A stretch of DNA of 64,000 bases from Polymyxa betae A26-41 (Eukaryota; Protista; Endomyxa: Phytomyxea). The number at the start of each line of letters is the position of its first letter. Position 1 is the first letter of the stretch. Shown here in pieces: positions 1 through 13,386 of the stretch. The notes under the pieces are model-generated. The model was not told the origin of the DNA and made no database searches. It saw only the letters and a list, made by a program, of their open reading frames with translations. The position numbers were made by a program, and so were the translations under genes. The stretch spans positions 150,467-214,466 of the forward strand of contig RBZT01000267.1 of NCBI GenBank assembly GCA_003693705.1. The letters run 5' to 3'.

Positions 1-2010
1 TCAGATCTCAATGATGATACCCAGGTCACAATCTATATCTTAATGCATTAGATGACTGAATGTGTTAGATGATTAAGCCGATTACATCATGATATGATTG
101 AATCAGTGACACATCTTGGAATAGGTTCGGGGTTGTCTGTGATATTGCCAATGAACTCGTCATTGGTATTAACACATCCATTAATAACGCCTATCATAGA
201 CTTTGTCAGATCACCTGCTGTATATAGCTGAGTGATGATTAAGTGACCTTGATCACAATTGAGTTCACATGTAGTCCCTGAATCAATCGAATCAAACTGC
301 AACTATCTCCTTCCAGTAAGACGGACGCCCTAATCATTAGAATCAGTATGTAAGGGGCAGGGTCGTATTATCATGAACCTGTTTAAAGACTCGGTACTTG
401 TCATATCCCATTTCGGATCTGTAGACAGAGCAGCAGCTCTTGCTTGCAAACGTCTATTAATGAATAATATTGGGGATAGATTTGGCCCAGGACTGAATCC
501 CATAAAATTCTGTCGATGAACACCAATATCCAACCAGGATAAATGCCGATTCAGATGCGATACGAACAGTTGTGAGACCAACCGTTTCATGGCACCAATC
601 TGCACAATATCAATCAGCGAATGGCATGAATCAGCCGTACTGGCGCCCCCCGTACGAGATGGGCGTGCATGGCGAACTTGGGTCCCAATTTCGTGACAGC
701 TGCTGATAGTCTTGCTTGATGAACCCTTGTCCCTTTATATGCAGTATGAATAGTATATAGATGTGTATTAGCAGCATGTAGTTGATCATGAATACGACTT
801 AATTCACTATATGCAGCACCATGTTCAACATCTATCACATCACCCGCATGTTCAGCATCTATCACATGACGTTCATTGCGATCCTGAACGCCCAAGACGC
901 ATCATCATCAGTTCAAGGTCATGATGATGGGTACAGAGACGGATTACGTTCAGTCGCTGGATCTTGGCGATTCTCCATCGTTGCCAGGCCGATAGTATCC
1001 GACCATGATCTAACAGATGACGACGTCCTTCACTACGACTCAACAGATATCGCTTCAACTTGGTCAATATTCGCTGCGGGACCATGTTAGGGCGTGGTTT
1101 GCGAGTCGCTGGGCCCGTAAGACCGACCTTGTTGCTGTCGACCTGCAGATGCCAGGTCCGGAACACGATCGTAACGATTCGTCGTGCGTATCGACTGGTC
1201 TGATAATTGATGACGAACATCTTGCGGCTCTCAAAATCACGGAACTCGCCTGGTGTGATTTTCACCTATTGATGATAATGAGAAGGTTGTTAAAGGCGTC
1301 TGATAACTCAGACAGACCTGAGAGATACGACGTTGTACAGATTTGAGACGATATGATAGAGCTGGATATCGATTAAAATATGTGCAGGTATCGATCAAAT
1401 CTTGTAAACGAGGACGAACACGATTAATTGGACCTTGATAGATAGATAGAAGCATCTCATTACGAAGTAGATGTAATATCTGTTAATGAATGTGAGATAT
1501 TAATGGTATTGGTCTCTAGAGCAGATCATCACCTGACGTAATGATACAGATCTAACAGAATCACTGATACATTCTAATAGATCGAGACTAATAGCCGTCT
1601 TAATAGCATTAACACGACCCAATCGTAATGTCATGATATCGATCTCACCCATCTATTTGCAATCATCAGACACTCTCATCTCAAGCAATAAACAGCACGA
1701 GCTTGGTTCTGAGACAAATGTTCTCATTCCAATATCACCTTGATCATGCAGAATAATGATGCAGAATGATACGACTTTCTCTCTTGATTATATTTTGTTA
1801 TCCATGATTGCAGCATCATATTAATAATATTCGCATCATCCATATGAGTTAATGTCTCATTAAGAACTATCACATTCTCTATACTATGATGACGTTGATG
1901 ACGTCCACCACCACCCAACATCTAGAAGGCAGATCAAGGAGAATCAGCTCCCCAGATACTACATGAGTACGATGATCGATGAATCTCCTGCATTTCATCA
2001 ATGTCGTCAT
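1..2010 (-). CDS. Multi-exon hypothetical protein, 3' end unresolved or running off the window
   Basis: ORFs 1724-1921, 1237-1455, 873-1265, 614-895 and 330-605 join through GT-AG introns from ATG 2010 (MTTLMKCRRFIDHRTH|MLGGG...IK|MGEIDIMTLRLG...). No family recognised. Confidence 0.55.
820..868. repeat. 27-bp imperfect tandem duplication in coding sequence (VIDAEH/VIDVEH)
   Basis: catgttcaacatctatcacat...catgttcagcatctatcacat. Confidence 0.7.
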
Positions 2011-2851
2011 TTGTTCATTAGCCGAACCTGTAGCCGGTTTCCAGAAACCCTTTTGAAGATCAGACGTGGCAAAATAGGCTTCATTGATTGCTTATAGAGT
2101 AGACTTAATCAACATTCAATATCTGATAATTTGACGTTTTCTGTATTTTTAATATGACAAATGTTGAACAAGTTTGATGATTCTCTTGAAGCACATTCAT
2201 TTCAAGATTCAGCTGCTGCAATAACAGCAGGCCAATTGCTAATGTGTACACCTAAGAAACTCGAACTCAAACAAAGGGTGGGAGTAGAGCTCGCATCCCA
2301 TGTTTTGGGATGCCTTTTATCGTTGCAGGGAGCTGTTGTCCTCAAACAATAAACCCATTCTACTTTTCGCGGGCTTGAGTCAAATGATATCGCGCCCAGG
2401 AATTCATGAAATGAACTTGCTTATGAAGTTCTAAGGAAGGTATTGCAGAGAACAGCTATTACATGACCAATATCATCTTGCACATAACTGCCTCTTATCC
2501 AATTCCAATTGTTACCCAATGCCCCAGCGCTAACTTAGCGCCTTTACATAACGGGAATCGGCTTGTCGATAACCCTGTCATATCAACCTACCAAGAGATC
2601 ACATTGTCTAACTGATTCTAATGAGGCGACAGCCCTTGAAAACAGATGTATAGAGTGATGTTGTCATCCAGACGAATTGGATGTCTAACTACATTGTCAT
2701 TCTCTATCTATTTATACATCAAAGATGAATATTTTTCATAAAATCTGGCTCGAGTGGGTTGCGCCTGTGACTGGATGTTCGCTCTCTCAGTGCGCAGTTT
2801 GTGTGCGGCCTCTCTCTCTTGATCGGACATTGTTATTGATCTTTGACCTTC

Positions 2852-2868
2852 TGTGTGTGTGTGTGTGT
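2852..2868. repeat. (TG)8 microsatellite upstream of the CCCH gene
   Basis: tgtgtgtgtgtgtgtgt. Confidence 0.9.
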
Positions 2869-2913
2869 TGGTTTCGTTTGAGAAAGGATTCCAGTAGATC
2901 TCCCATATTGTCA

Positions 2914-4385
2914 ATGTCTATGATTCAGGATAATGTTGCTGCTGCTAAGCGACTCTCACAGCTTCGACAAGCCATTCAGAACCGACGCTCCGGGGTCGTT
3001 ACGCCACGGTCAACTGCCTCTAGAGTCCCATGCAGATTCTATACTCGTGGGCTCTGTAAGCGGTCGGCCTCGTGTCCATTCGATCATTCTCAACGATTAC
3101 CGAATGCTTCGAAGCCAATTACTTTAGCCGTAGTAAAACGAACGGTATGTTTCATTCAATGATTTGCTCGAATGGATCATAATGTCGGTCAGCGATCATC
3201 GGTTTCTTCTCCTGAGAGCCGTTTAAAGCTACTAAATGATCTTTTAACTTCACATCGTCAGCAACGGATTCAGAAAAAGTCAGCTCTGTCAGTTTGTGAG
3301 CGCCTGCGATCTAATTCTTTCTTAGGGTTGTAATTACCTCGACCGCTGCTGCAGCATTAAATCGCTTGCAAGCGGCAACTAAATCCATGTCCTGGGTTCG
3401 TGCTGGATTCACACCTCAAACTCACATCAAAACCAAATCCGTTCAACGTGAGATAGTCTGCATGAATCGTCTTTCGACTCATTGATTTATCTGTTAGCCG
3501 CTCCCAAACCCAAATCTTTGATCATTAACGGAATTCGATTTCGTTTATCGAAATGCGGTCGTAGTCTGGTTAGATGTCCTGACAGCTCCCAATCTCCTAC
3601 TCCTGTTCAGCCTGTCAAGATTATTCCGAGTCGAGTTCAGTTGAATGGTATCGAGTTCATGAAGACATCCACAGTACGACCATATCAAATTCTGCATCTC
3701 GCTTGTATGCGTATTTTCGCTTTAGGGTGCTCTAGTTCGTTCGTCAGTGCAGGGTACTCGTCGTACTGCGTCGCAGCGTTTAAAACGAAGCTTGCAGCTG
3801 GTACGTAATAAGAAACTGGACAAGAGGAAGCAGCGGCTCTGCATGTTTTTCTGTAGATTCGGTATCTGGCGGTTGTGTAGACGGATCCATTCTCTGAACT
3901 GATCGGAACAGGGTTCTGTAAGCTTGATAACATGTGCCCATTCATTCACGACACATCCAAAGTCGCCATTTGTCGCAGCTTTATCCTGAATGGTGTTTGC
4001 TCATCACCGGAGACGTGCCTACTGTCTCACACTCTCGATCGTAATAAGATGCCCGAATGCAGCCATTTCATCAAGGTCAGTGTCGCTTTGCTAATGTTGG
4101 GCTTCATTTGAAGGAGTACAGGGACTTTGTGCTAAAGGGGATTTCTGCCCTTATCGTCACGTTAAGGTCAGCGAAGACGCTGCTTTCTGTCAAGATTTCA
4201 TCAGGGGTCTGCTAGTTCGCATCGGTTTGTTCTAATATTGATTGTTGTTTTGCATTGAATTAGGGTATTGCTCCAAAGGCGAGCAGTGCAAGCTCAGACA
4301 TGCATACACTTCGAGAAGAGAAAAACCAGCGTCTGCTCAGGTTGATATTGAGAGATCAACTGAATCAGATAGGGAAAACGTTTGA
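2914..4385 (+). CDS. CCCH zinc-finger protein, ZC3H3/Red5-like (one N-terminal finger plus five tandem C-terminal fingers)
   Basis: CRFYTRGLCKRSASCPFDH; spliced CMFFCRFG..CPFIHDTSKVAICRSFILNGVCSSPETCLLSH..KMPECSHFIKGLCAKGDFCPYRHVKV..FCQDFIRGYCSKGEQCKLRH, stop at 4383-4385. Confidence 0.85.
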
Positions 4386-4394
4386 TTATTTCCA

Positions 4395-6318
4395 TTATGG
4401 GGGCAGGCAAAAGTTGTTTTTGACAGGCTCTCCTGTTGACAGCAACTCGTTTTTTGGTCTTGTTTTTTGGTATAGACATGCAACTACCTGCTCTTGCGAT
4501 AATGGAATTCCACGCTGCTCTTTATATCCACTATATATACCACACATACCTAGTAATTTTCCTCATAAATTTATCTGTTCATTTCATTCCAATAAATTCG
4601 TGTCTTTGATTGTGCGACCCTTCCTTAATCGCCCTTTCAGTGTAGCTAGTTCTTGTAAGGCATGAACTAGACTGATCTCCATATCGTAAAATCTGCCTTC
4701 TAACGCCTTGTGCGCTGGCTCGTGACATTCTCCCTGTCCACAAGGTTTCCTCATGAATCTTGAAATCCAGCAGTTAATTTTTAGCCTCAACAGGTAATGA
4801 AACTAAATGACCTCATATAACTATTGTAAGCAGATTGTATGCGCTTCCGGCGCCAATGACTTTGAATGACAGTTGCAGCCACTGTTTTTAGATTGACCCT
4901 CGAAGAAGCAGATACACCAATATCCGGTACTGAAAGTGAATCGTTTAAGAACCTGTTACATTTCAGGTTCTCAAAATTTTCAGTATCGGGTGGTGAAAAT
5001 GTGACGTCAATACCGAATTCTTGACAGAAACCGAAGTCGGATTTCGTCAAAATTAGTAAACCCCTCTGAATGGTTCTTGTTAACCGTGATCAACTCTGAT
5101 GAAGAGCGCTCATCTAAGTTTCCTTGCAACTGCCTGAACTTAGATTCCGATTTCAACTCAATAGGACAGGCTGTTTGAAGATATTCCTGAAGAGATAGTT
5201 CATGACCTGCATCAAGTAGCTGAAGAAGCTTGGATGAAAGGTCATGACAGTTTTCTTCGCAGAACATTTGTTGACCTTCCTGCCTACATCATCCATTGAA
5301 CACCAGAAGACGACCGGAAAAGGCAATCAAACTGTTCAATTGCACTTGGCAGAAATCCATCGACGTTTTTTATCGCAGGAAGAACGAAGCAAATGAAAGA
5401 GCGATAACTGTAATTGTTTCGAACAGCTGTAACAATGAAGGGATTTCCTTCTGCAACGACATCAAAAATGTTGTGGATGGGAAATGCAACAGTGTTACCA
5501 CAGTTAATGGACTGCAAAGAGTTAAGACCAGAGAGAAAGGTTAACGACTGGATATTGTTGAGAGAATTGCTTGAGATGTCAAATGATCGGATCGATTGAG
5601 GTAATAGATCCGATACACCATGTAAGGTGCAGATGAAGTTGGAGGATACGTCCAAATTCTAAGTCAGCACTCAACTGTAAACTTAAAACCGACAATGGCA
5701 ATAGTGGGTACTTCAAGAGCGTGACTGGGAGAAAGGTCTTCAATTTCTTCGAGCTCGTTGTAAGACAGGTTGAGGTCGCGTAGCTGTCGAAGATCGGATA
5801 ATCCTGAAAGCTTACTGATTGAATTATGGGATAGATCAAGATGTTGCAACGAGTGAAGCCCTTGAAACCCTAGCAAACCATGATTACTTCAAACTACTAT
5901 TGAAACAGTAAGATGTACCTTCAACTGTATGTATGGAATTGTGAGATAATATTAATACACGAAGCTCGGTAAGGTTCTGAAATGGGCTGTTATGCAACGT
6001 ATAGATGTTGTTCCTAGACAGATCCAGATGCTGTAAATTACAGAGAATCGAAGGGAAAACATCCAACTGAGAGAGCAAATTCCCATCTATAAACAAGCTC
6101 AGCTGCAAGCTACTAAATAAAACAGTCGCTGTGACCAAGTAAAAGCTGTTGAGTGTGGCTATCAGCAACCTGCTGCAGGATCTGAATCGAATCAAGTCTA
6201 TGAGCTGCAGCAATGTCAAGAGGAGCAGGGAGATACGAGACCTTAACGAACCTGACAGAGATAGCTGTCTAGTATTAGATGAAGATTGTAGCTCACAGAT
6301 CTCATCATATTGAGACAT
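4395..6318 (-). CDS. LRR + LRRcap + IQ-motif protein, CEP97/LRRIQ-like
   Basis: LQHLDLSRNNI, LRVLILSHNSI, LRDLNLSYNEL repeats; GNPF...YRSFICFVLPAIKNVDG cap; AATVIQSHWRRKRI IQ motif. The 3' end is approximate. Confidence 0.75.
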
Positions 6319-6604
6319 AACAATAACTGATCATATAGTAACATAAGCAATCAAGTGATACTGAAACACATGACAACAGCTCTATTTAGATCAAATTCCA
6401 GTTAGCACTTGCAGCTAAGTCGCTGCCAAACAGCAGCAAAAAAACTCGGCCCGTGATAACGAAGGACAGGCATGACCCTATTACATAGCAGCACCAATGA
6501 CGCAATGTACAGCGGATGCAAATGGTTTTATTACATTTGAAAAAGCGTAATAGCTGATATGAACCAAGAAAAGCAGCATGGCACTAAAACGGGGCCTGGA
6601 ATTG

Positions 6605-6730
6605 AAAAACGACTTCTGCTGATAAAAGTCTGACCAGGAATGGAGCTCTTTTAACTCAGATTTGCCCACAATTCGGGAAAGGGTGTCCGCTGCCTGATTA
6701 TTTTTGGAAGGGCGTCGGCGAAGCGCCCCT
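6605..6730 (+). ncRNA. Candidate Sm-class snRNA (identity unresolved)
   Basis: Sm-like site ATTTTTGG followed by the hairpin GGGCGT-CGGCGAA-GCGCCC. Upstream stems GACTT/AAGTC, CAGG/CCTG and CCC/GGG. No exact U1, U2 or U5 signature. Confidence 0.3.
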
Positions 6731-6766
6731 AAACCAAACCAAGCCTTTATTGAGTAGTTCAGGAAT

Positions 6767-7283
6767 TTATTTCAGAGGAATGAATCGGGAGGAGTTGGTA
6801 GCTCCAATACCGGGACGACCATGTTGAACAGGCTTGTAGGTAAGAGAGAATTCACCCAGGTAGTGTCCAACCATATCGGCCTTGATTTCGACATGCCCGA
6901 ACGCCTTGCCGTTGTAGACACCGACGACGCTGCCGACCATCTCGGGAACAACAATCATGTTGCGAAGGTGGGTGTTGACAGCGACAGGCTTCTCGTTGAC
7001 ACCGGCAGCCTTCTTGGCCTTTCGCAGGCGTTTGATCAGACCCATAGGCTGGGCCTTCAAGCCACGGTTCAGACGACGACGAACACGACTGGGGAAGAGC
7101 TCGAGGAGCTCAGATCGCTGGCGACCGATCAGATCCTGAACTTCAATACCACGGTAGAAGAACTTCTTGTTCGACTGGCGCTTAACGAAGCCGGTCTGCT
7201 CGGCAGCGGTGGATTCTTCGACGTCAGACTACGCAGCATGTTAGCGATGAGATCAAGACACAGAACACACAAGGCGATACCAT
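6767..7283 (-). CDS. RPS15: 40S ribosomal protein S15 (uS19)
   Basis: ATG-only first exon (7281-7283), intron 7229-7280, then [10 protein letters not shown]...[60 protein letters not shown] at 6746-6751 (-). Confidence 0.98.
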
Positions 7284-7577
7284 GGTTGGCAGGATTCGGA
7301 ATGATCAAGGAGCGAATCTGAGCGCAATCGGACTCCGTGGCGCCGATTTTCCAATTAGCGCACCCTTCATATATTCGCTCAGGCTGGTCCAGAACATGAT
7401 TGAAAAGATCGAGAACGAGGACTGAAACCATTGCTGGACCGCCCGATATTTGATCATTGAGGTGACGCGCGATTATGATCTGGTCCAGATTTTAGGGAGC
7501 GTGCCGAATATGATTTGTTAGAACCGACCTTGTAAGTTAAACTAATATCGATTTCTTGGAGGCGAACCTGAGAGCGA

Positions 7578-10370
7578 ATGGCACCGAGACATTCATCAGT
7601 ATGTGTTTATGGGTGACTGCTTACAAATATATTGACTGTGATTGTTAGCAAGCGAATACATTGGCAGGGCCCCCTGCCCAGCGGTCACTAGAGTCTCTAC
7701 AGGGACGATTAAGACAATATCTTCGTGATATGGAGATGGCACCTGAGACAACATCTCCACAATATTCGTTGCAGATCCTACATGATGTTATCCAAGAATT
7801 CTCATCATTTGCTTCTTCAGACGATCGCAATCTACTTAGGGTTAGCTTCAAGCTGTCTGGAATCGGATACGTTGTTAATACGATGGTTTACAGCAGGATC
7901 CAATTAGGACAATAGCAATGAGAAGATCAGAAGTTGATGAGAGAAGGCTTAGTGTTGATGATGGTGTACATAAAGAAGGTGGAGCGCTTGGTCTCTTATA
8001 TTGTTGATGGAATCTAATACTGATTCAGATGAAGAAGGGCATGTTAGAGATACATACAGGAATGATGCAGATGAGGATATTGTTGATTACGGGACTGAAG
8101 AATCATGCCTAACCGATGAAGAAGACGACGACGACTTCGATATGCTCATTGACATTGAAAATGAATCTGTATAGAATTCAGCAAATATTGCCTGGCTTTG
8201 TCCGGTCAGATCGTGTAATTCATAAATAATACGAAATGTACAACGACTTTGCAATGCTGTAGAACGGAAGCGACAACAATACAACGCGTCCTTGAGACCC
8301 TTCGTTCATGCAACATCACAGAAGTAATGACTTGGTAGATATTATAGAAACTTCCTGACCTACAGAATCCCGAATGCGACAAACTTGCAGAGAGTAGCCG
8401 CACGTCATGATCAGCCAGTTATAGGTCAATGTCCATTCAATGAGGAATGTTGACACTCAGGTCCGGGACCAGATTCAATCTCTGATAGAATCGCACCATG
8501 ATCTTTACCGGCAACTTTATCAGCAATGCCAGCAGAAAGAGCTTGAAAAGACCCTATGTCGGCAGGTAGAATCACAGATTCAAAAACAGAAAGCAGAGTA
8601 TGAGCGTCAGCAAGAAATTGCCAAGTAGGCCATGATGGATGCCAACGTTATCTGCTTATTCTGACATCATAACGACAGAAATCTGTCAGAAGAATTCAAT
8701 CATTGGAACGAACAGGCAAATAACCTGAGAGCAGGCAATCGAGCTTTATCGGATCGAATCAAACGATTGCGATCGTCAATGGCAATGTCACCAGCACGAT
8801 CACGTCCACCGTTGAAAAAAATACCGAACAGGTCATTGACAGAAGCAATGAAAGCGGCGCCAGCAAAACGCAAGCTGGATGTGATGGTCAGTGACGAGAC
8901 ACCACCTGGAACGAGATCGCAGGCAATTTTCGAAGAGTTTTTTGTAATCAGTAGCGACCTGTCCAATTTGGGTTTGGGCAACTTGCCGGACGAATCGATC
9001 CGATGCTGGCAATCGACGCCCGGAGTGTGGTTCAGATATGGGCTAAGTCCATGTTTGGCGCTGGATCCGGTAACCTTCAGATGCTGATGTTGAATGAACA
9101 CAACTAAAAGGACAAGATTATAGGCGCAGGTCGTAGCGTTTGTTTGTCCTTCAGGGCGAGTAAGCGTTAACTCCTAATCGATTCGGTATCGCAATTGAGA
9201 GATCCCGGGCAGGTTCAACTCCGGGCCGGGACTGAAGGTCCCAAGGCTGCTGAACATGACTTCGTGTTCGCGACACAGCTGACGACAGCTGACCAAGAGC
9301 TCGTCCAGATGTATGGAGTCTGCATAATCCAATCCGAGATTATCACGATTGTGAACGATAAACAACACCTGGTTTACTGTACAGCTGATGTTAGAATTAG
9401 GTGAATCCTCGATCAGGACGTCAAATACGTCTACATGCCGATGTCAGATACTGTCTGACAACTAGATACCCCTTAGTGGATTTCCATATTGCTCTGATCC
9501 ACAACCTTATAGGTTTGCTTCACAAAAAATCATGAAATCGTCATAATCGAATCATAGCCGTTCGACAACGATTTCGACTCGGGGACCATTCCGTCCAGAT
9601 TGTTGGCCCGAACTTGAGCCGTTCGCTGGTAAGCGAATGGGATCAGGGTGGAAGCCTCGATCTCCTCCATCAGATCAGCCGGGCCTCCGTACCGGCCCAC
9701 GACCAGCAGCTTCGCATCGAATCCAGTCTAATTCCGGGACCAGTATTACTGATGCGGCCTGCACACGATTCGATATCGATTGTGACATGGGCGGCCCGGT
9801 TTGTTGCCAGTTCGTGCATCAGAGCGTCGCTGATTTTGCTGCAACAGGAAGGTGCTGGGCAGAATATCAGCCCGAATCCTAATGCAGCTTATTGAGGCCG
9901 TATTAAGGGAAATGAGCATCATCATTGTGGGTCAAGATCTCGGTCAGATATCGGCCTGGGCTCTCTATCTGACAGCTGCCATCCATCCACTGCAATGGGT
10001 TGGAGTATTTCTACCTGTCCTCCCTGATCGATTGGCAGACTTCCTACAATCGCCAGTGCCGATTATTGCAGGTGTCCGATACCTGCCTGATTCAATGCAG
10101 TCCCAAAGCGGTTTTGTCATCTGGAGACCGGAATCGAATCAGGTCTGGACCGAAGACCCATTACCACAGCTGACAGACCCCGGACTGAGATGTGAGGAGT
10201 TGATCAAGCCCCTGATGGAGACAGGTGTAGAGCAGATGATAATGGAGAGGTTGCATGATACCATCTCTCAGTATATTATTGATATGATAGAGAAAAGTAA
10301 GAGTGATCCCGCATATATATATTATCAACAGACACAGATTATGACACATTATATACATACACATCAATAG
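7578..10370 (+). CDS. DENN-domain protein (putative Rab GEF) with N-terminal coiled coil
   Basis: AIFEEFFVI..., VVAFVCPSG, HDFVFATQLTTADQELVQMYGVCI, IEAVLREMSIIIVGQDLGQIS..AAIHPLQWVGVFLPVLPDRLADFLQSPVPIIAGV. Confidence 0.8.
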
Positions 10371-10390
10371 ATATCAGATATCTTCATCAC

Positions 10391-12870
10391 CTAATGTTCA
10401 TCAACTGCTTCACTTAGACGTCGTAGATCATCAAAACATTGTTGTGCGATTGGAGTTCCTGGATCTAATAGCGATAGCGCCGCTTTCAGATCGTCTTGAG
10501 CAGATTCTAGCGATCCCATGGCCGAATATGCAGCAGCACGTCTGGAGAGGGTCGCGGCGTGATGAACTGGATTATGATTGCCAAATTCCATGCTGGATGT
10601 CGAATCTCGGATGCATGCATCGTATTCATGAAGATAGAGCTCGGTAGCAGCACGATTTGACATGATCTGGGCCTGGACCTCAGCAGGCTGTATACGGATC
10701 AGTCATGATTAAAAGCAGGCAGTGCAGATACGAACAGGATTCAGTCGAAGAGCCTCACTATATAATCGCTTAGCGCTACTCGCGTCTTGCTGCTGGAACG
10801 CCGCCGCAGCTGACACAAGTAAAGAATGCAACGGGTCCTTGCCTTGACAGGCTTCTGGATCAGGTTCGGCGGGATCACTGCGATGCTTTGCTAGTTGGCT
10901 TTTGATTGTTGAAAAATGATGTTGGACTAGATCGGGTTGTAGGCCATGTCGAATGGCAGCTGAAAAGTCGTCTCCAGCTTGCCAGAAATGATCCAGCGAT
11001 AGATGAGCCGTTCCTCGTAACTATTACTGATGTTAACACAAAATTGGAGCGGAGAGAGTGAAAATTCGATTTGCCACTTTAATCTGTGTCTGAAGTCGTA
11101 AAATACACCAACCTGATAAATCCGGGCTGTGGTTGTATCAAGGATGTCATCTTGAATCTGACGCCCCAGAACTGGATCGTCTATAACTGCCAGGCATTCG
11201 GTTAAATTATCGATCGCTTCAAGATTTTGACCATGTTCCGAGCAAATCTGGAATCCCGCTTAGATTCAGGCGACAGAACAAAGTTCACACATTAGACCTG
11301 GGCTCGTCGAATTAAATAGGTGATATCGTGAGGATGCATTCGAAGCAGATCCTCGATCTGACTCAACTCCTGAATGTGATTCATGTCGTCAACCTTCTCT
11401 TCATCTTGCCTCCGATTCATTAACGTAATCGCCTGGTCCAGCTTCAGAATCAATTTCTGATCATGTTCGGTAGTTGAGAGATTGATTGCATCCTATGACC
11501 ATGTGAATTGCAGTCTATCAGAAGATGTAATCACCGACCTCGAGATCGGAAATGGCAGTTGGAAAATTGCCAAGAAGTAGATTTGCCTGAGCGCGTGTTC
11601 GAAACAGATCGGAGCGGAGTTGAGGCGGGTGTGAACGTGCTAGAGCGAGATTGCAATCAGCAATGCATTTACGAATTCGCTCAAATTTCTTGATGATAGC
11701 AGCACCACGGAAAGAGGCCAGTTGGAGATAGCAATCGGCACGATTCAGAAGCGCTGATGCGTCCGTCGGTGAAATTTGCAAGACTGAGGTAAATGCACTG
11801 GTGGCAGATAGATAATCGTGAGATCTCTGAAACTTCAACCCTATAACATTTCGTCGTTCAAGGAAAACACGACAGTTTCTGGGTGCAATACCTTTCTCAT
11901 AAAGAAGCTGTGCGTGCCCATCTGTGACATCATCAGTTGTATTAGATAATGCAGGACAGACAGCGAATTCGTCGTCTTCATTAGGGTCGCGTGCTACCGG
12001 CCCAGCCCTCTGATCAATAGCAGTGAACCTAACAAGCACCGCCGGATTCGATCTCACGGCAGGAATTCGACGCCCTTGCCCAGGGCGCTTTCCCTTGGAC
12101 TCCTCGCTTATTTCGAAAAGTTCATTGTCAGATTCTTGGACAACTTCAACAGTCGGCGTCACAGCTGTTTCGGCTTGCTCATCTAATTCGTTAAAAATTG
12201 TTGTGTTCGTTTCTGCACCAGGGTGAGGTCCATGATTCTCACTGGATTCAGCCCAATGCACCAAATCGGCCTGATGTCGTTTTCATTCAGTTGATACTAC
12301 AAAATGGAAGTAATAGGACCTTGGCCTCGTTTTCTTCTTTCTGCTTCAATTGTTGGATTAGAGAACGATGCTGATCTTCATCATTCCAGATTCGCTTCTG
12401 AGCGTTCGACCTCTAACTTCGCTAAGTTGTAACTTCAATTCGAATTGTCAGATGCCTTACAGAATCCGACTTCTGCTGTAAAGCTTGAAGTCGCCGCTCT
12501 TCGGCTCGTTGACGGGAGGTTTTGATTGTTTGGTTACGCCTTGAGCATAAATGCTCGGGATCCGCTTGTAGACAGAGCTCTGGCCATAAGCCCGGATGCG
12601 ATTTAGGAAGTTTAATCTGCAATGCCGAAGACAGAATACGAACTTCACATTGGTCAGACTCTACAGATTGATACAGATCTAAACCCAGATGATAGGGCGG
12701 TGAGCTCAGGCCCAGATATAATTCAGCAACTGTCATCGAGTTAAGTTGACGAATTGGTACCCCAGTATGCCTATACTTTCGAGATGTTCAGGCCTGAACC
12801 CAGTCCCATGGATTTGAATGGAGAGGCTGTTGAATTCCTGAGTCCATTCGTATCGAGGTGTAATGGGCAT
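10391..12870 (-). CDS. DNAAF4: Dynein axonemal assembly factor 4 (DYX1C1/PF23-like): CS domain + coiled coil + TPRs
   Basis: MPITPRYEWTQ..SPPYHLGLDLY..LQIKLPKSHPGLWPEL CS domain; IPAVRS..VRFT motif; TPRs LLNRADCYLQL, RTRAQANLLLG, RRAAAYSAMG. Confidence 0.8.
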
Positions 12871-12901
12871 GACGACGTCTGCTGTGGTATGGAGTTGATG
12901 A

Positions 12902-13279
12902 ATGTCAGGTAACTAGTGACCCAGTCACAGCCTGATAGAGAATCTGCTTAACAAGGGACCAGCTTCTCATTGTCACGTTTCAATACAGATGACACCAGCT
13001 TGGGTGACAGCTATCTATAAGCTATGATCTCTTCTACAGGTCAATTAACCGAAACTGATCCAGATTTAGGGTGAGGTTACGCCCACTTACCAATGGGGCT
13101 GCCTCATCATCAGACACTTTCCTGATTTCAAAAGTTTGGTTTTGGCATCTTCCCTGATCCGAAACGCATTACTTTGTCCAAGATCGTGTAAAGGAGATGG
13201 TTCCTTATCGAAGGATTGGATTGGATTTGTCTAGTTCGTTGATCTGAGTCAACAGGCGGCGCTGTATCGTAAGAGCTAG
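12902..13279 (+). CDS. Predicted six-exon 48-aa microprotein MSGTSFSLSRFNTDDTSLGQLTETDPDLGHFPDFKNRVKEMAALYRKS
   Basis: Exons 12902-12908, 12956-13003, 13040-13070, 13114-13133, 13183-13199, 13256-13279. Five GT-AG introns of 47, 36, 43, 49 and 56 nt with consistent phases. Confidence 0.55.
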
Positions 13280-13386
13280 GCCGATAGTTCCTTATCGAAG
13301 CTTTGGATGATAGCCCTAGTAACCTGAAGCCAGAATGTTGATGTGTATATTAATCAACATATAATGGGCCTATAGGGTAGCCTGGT

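Noticed and set aside
87-1455. Stop-codon reassignment to join the fragmented ORFs
   Set aside because: The frames differ and the breaks coincide with GT-AG introns. Conserved genes translate normally in the standard code.
6821-7321. 166-aa antisense ORF over RPS15 (and similar antisense ORFs over AAC, the F-box gene and FXR-B)
   Set aside because: These are typical antisense shadows of codon-biased genes with no independent motifs.
13050-13330. snoRNA/telomerase-RNA reading (gttccttatcgaag twice, CTGA boxes, TTTAGGG) and apparent GA-AG introns
   Set aside because: There is no clean rRNA complement or 1.5-repeat template. A fully canonical GT-AG microexon parse explains the region better.
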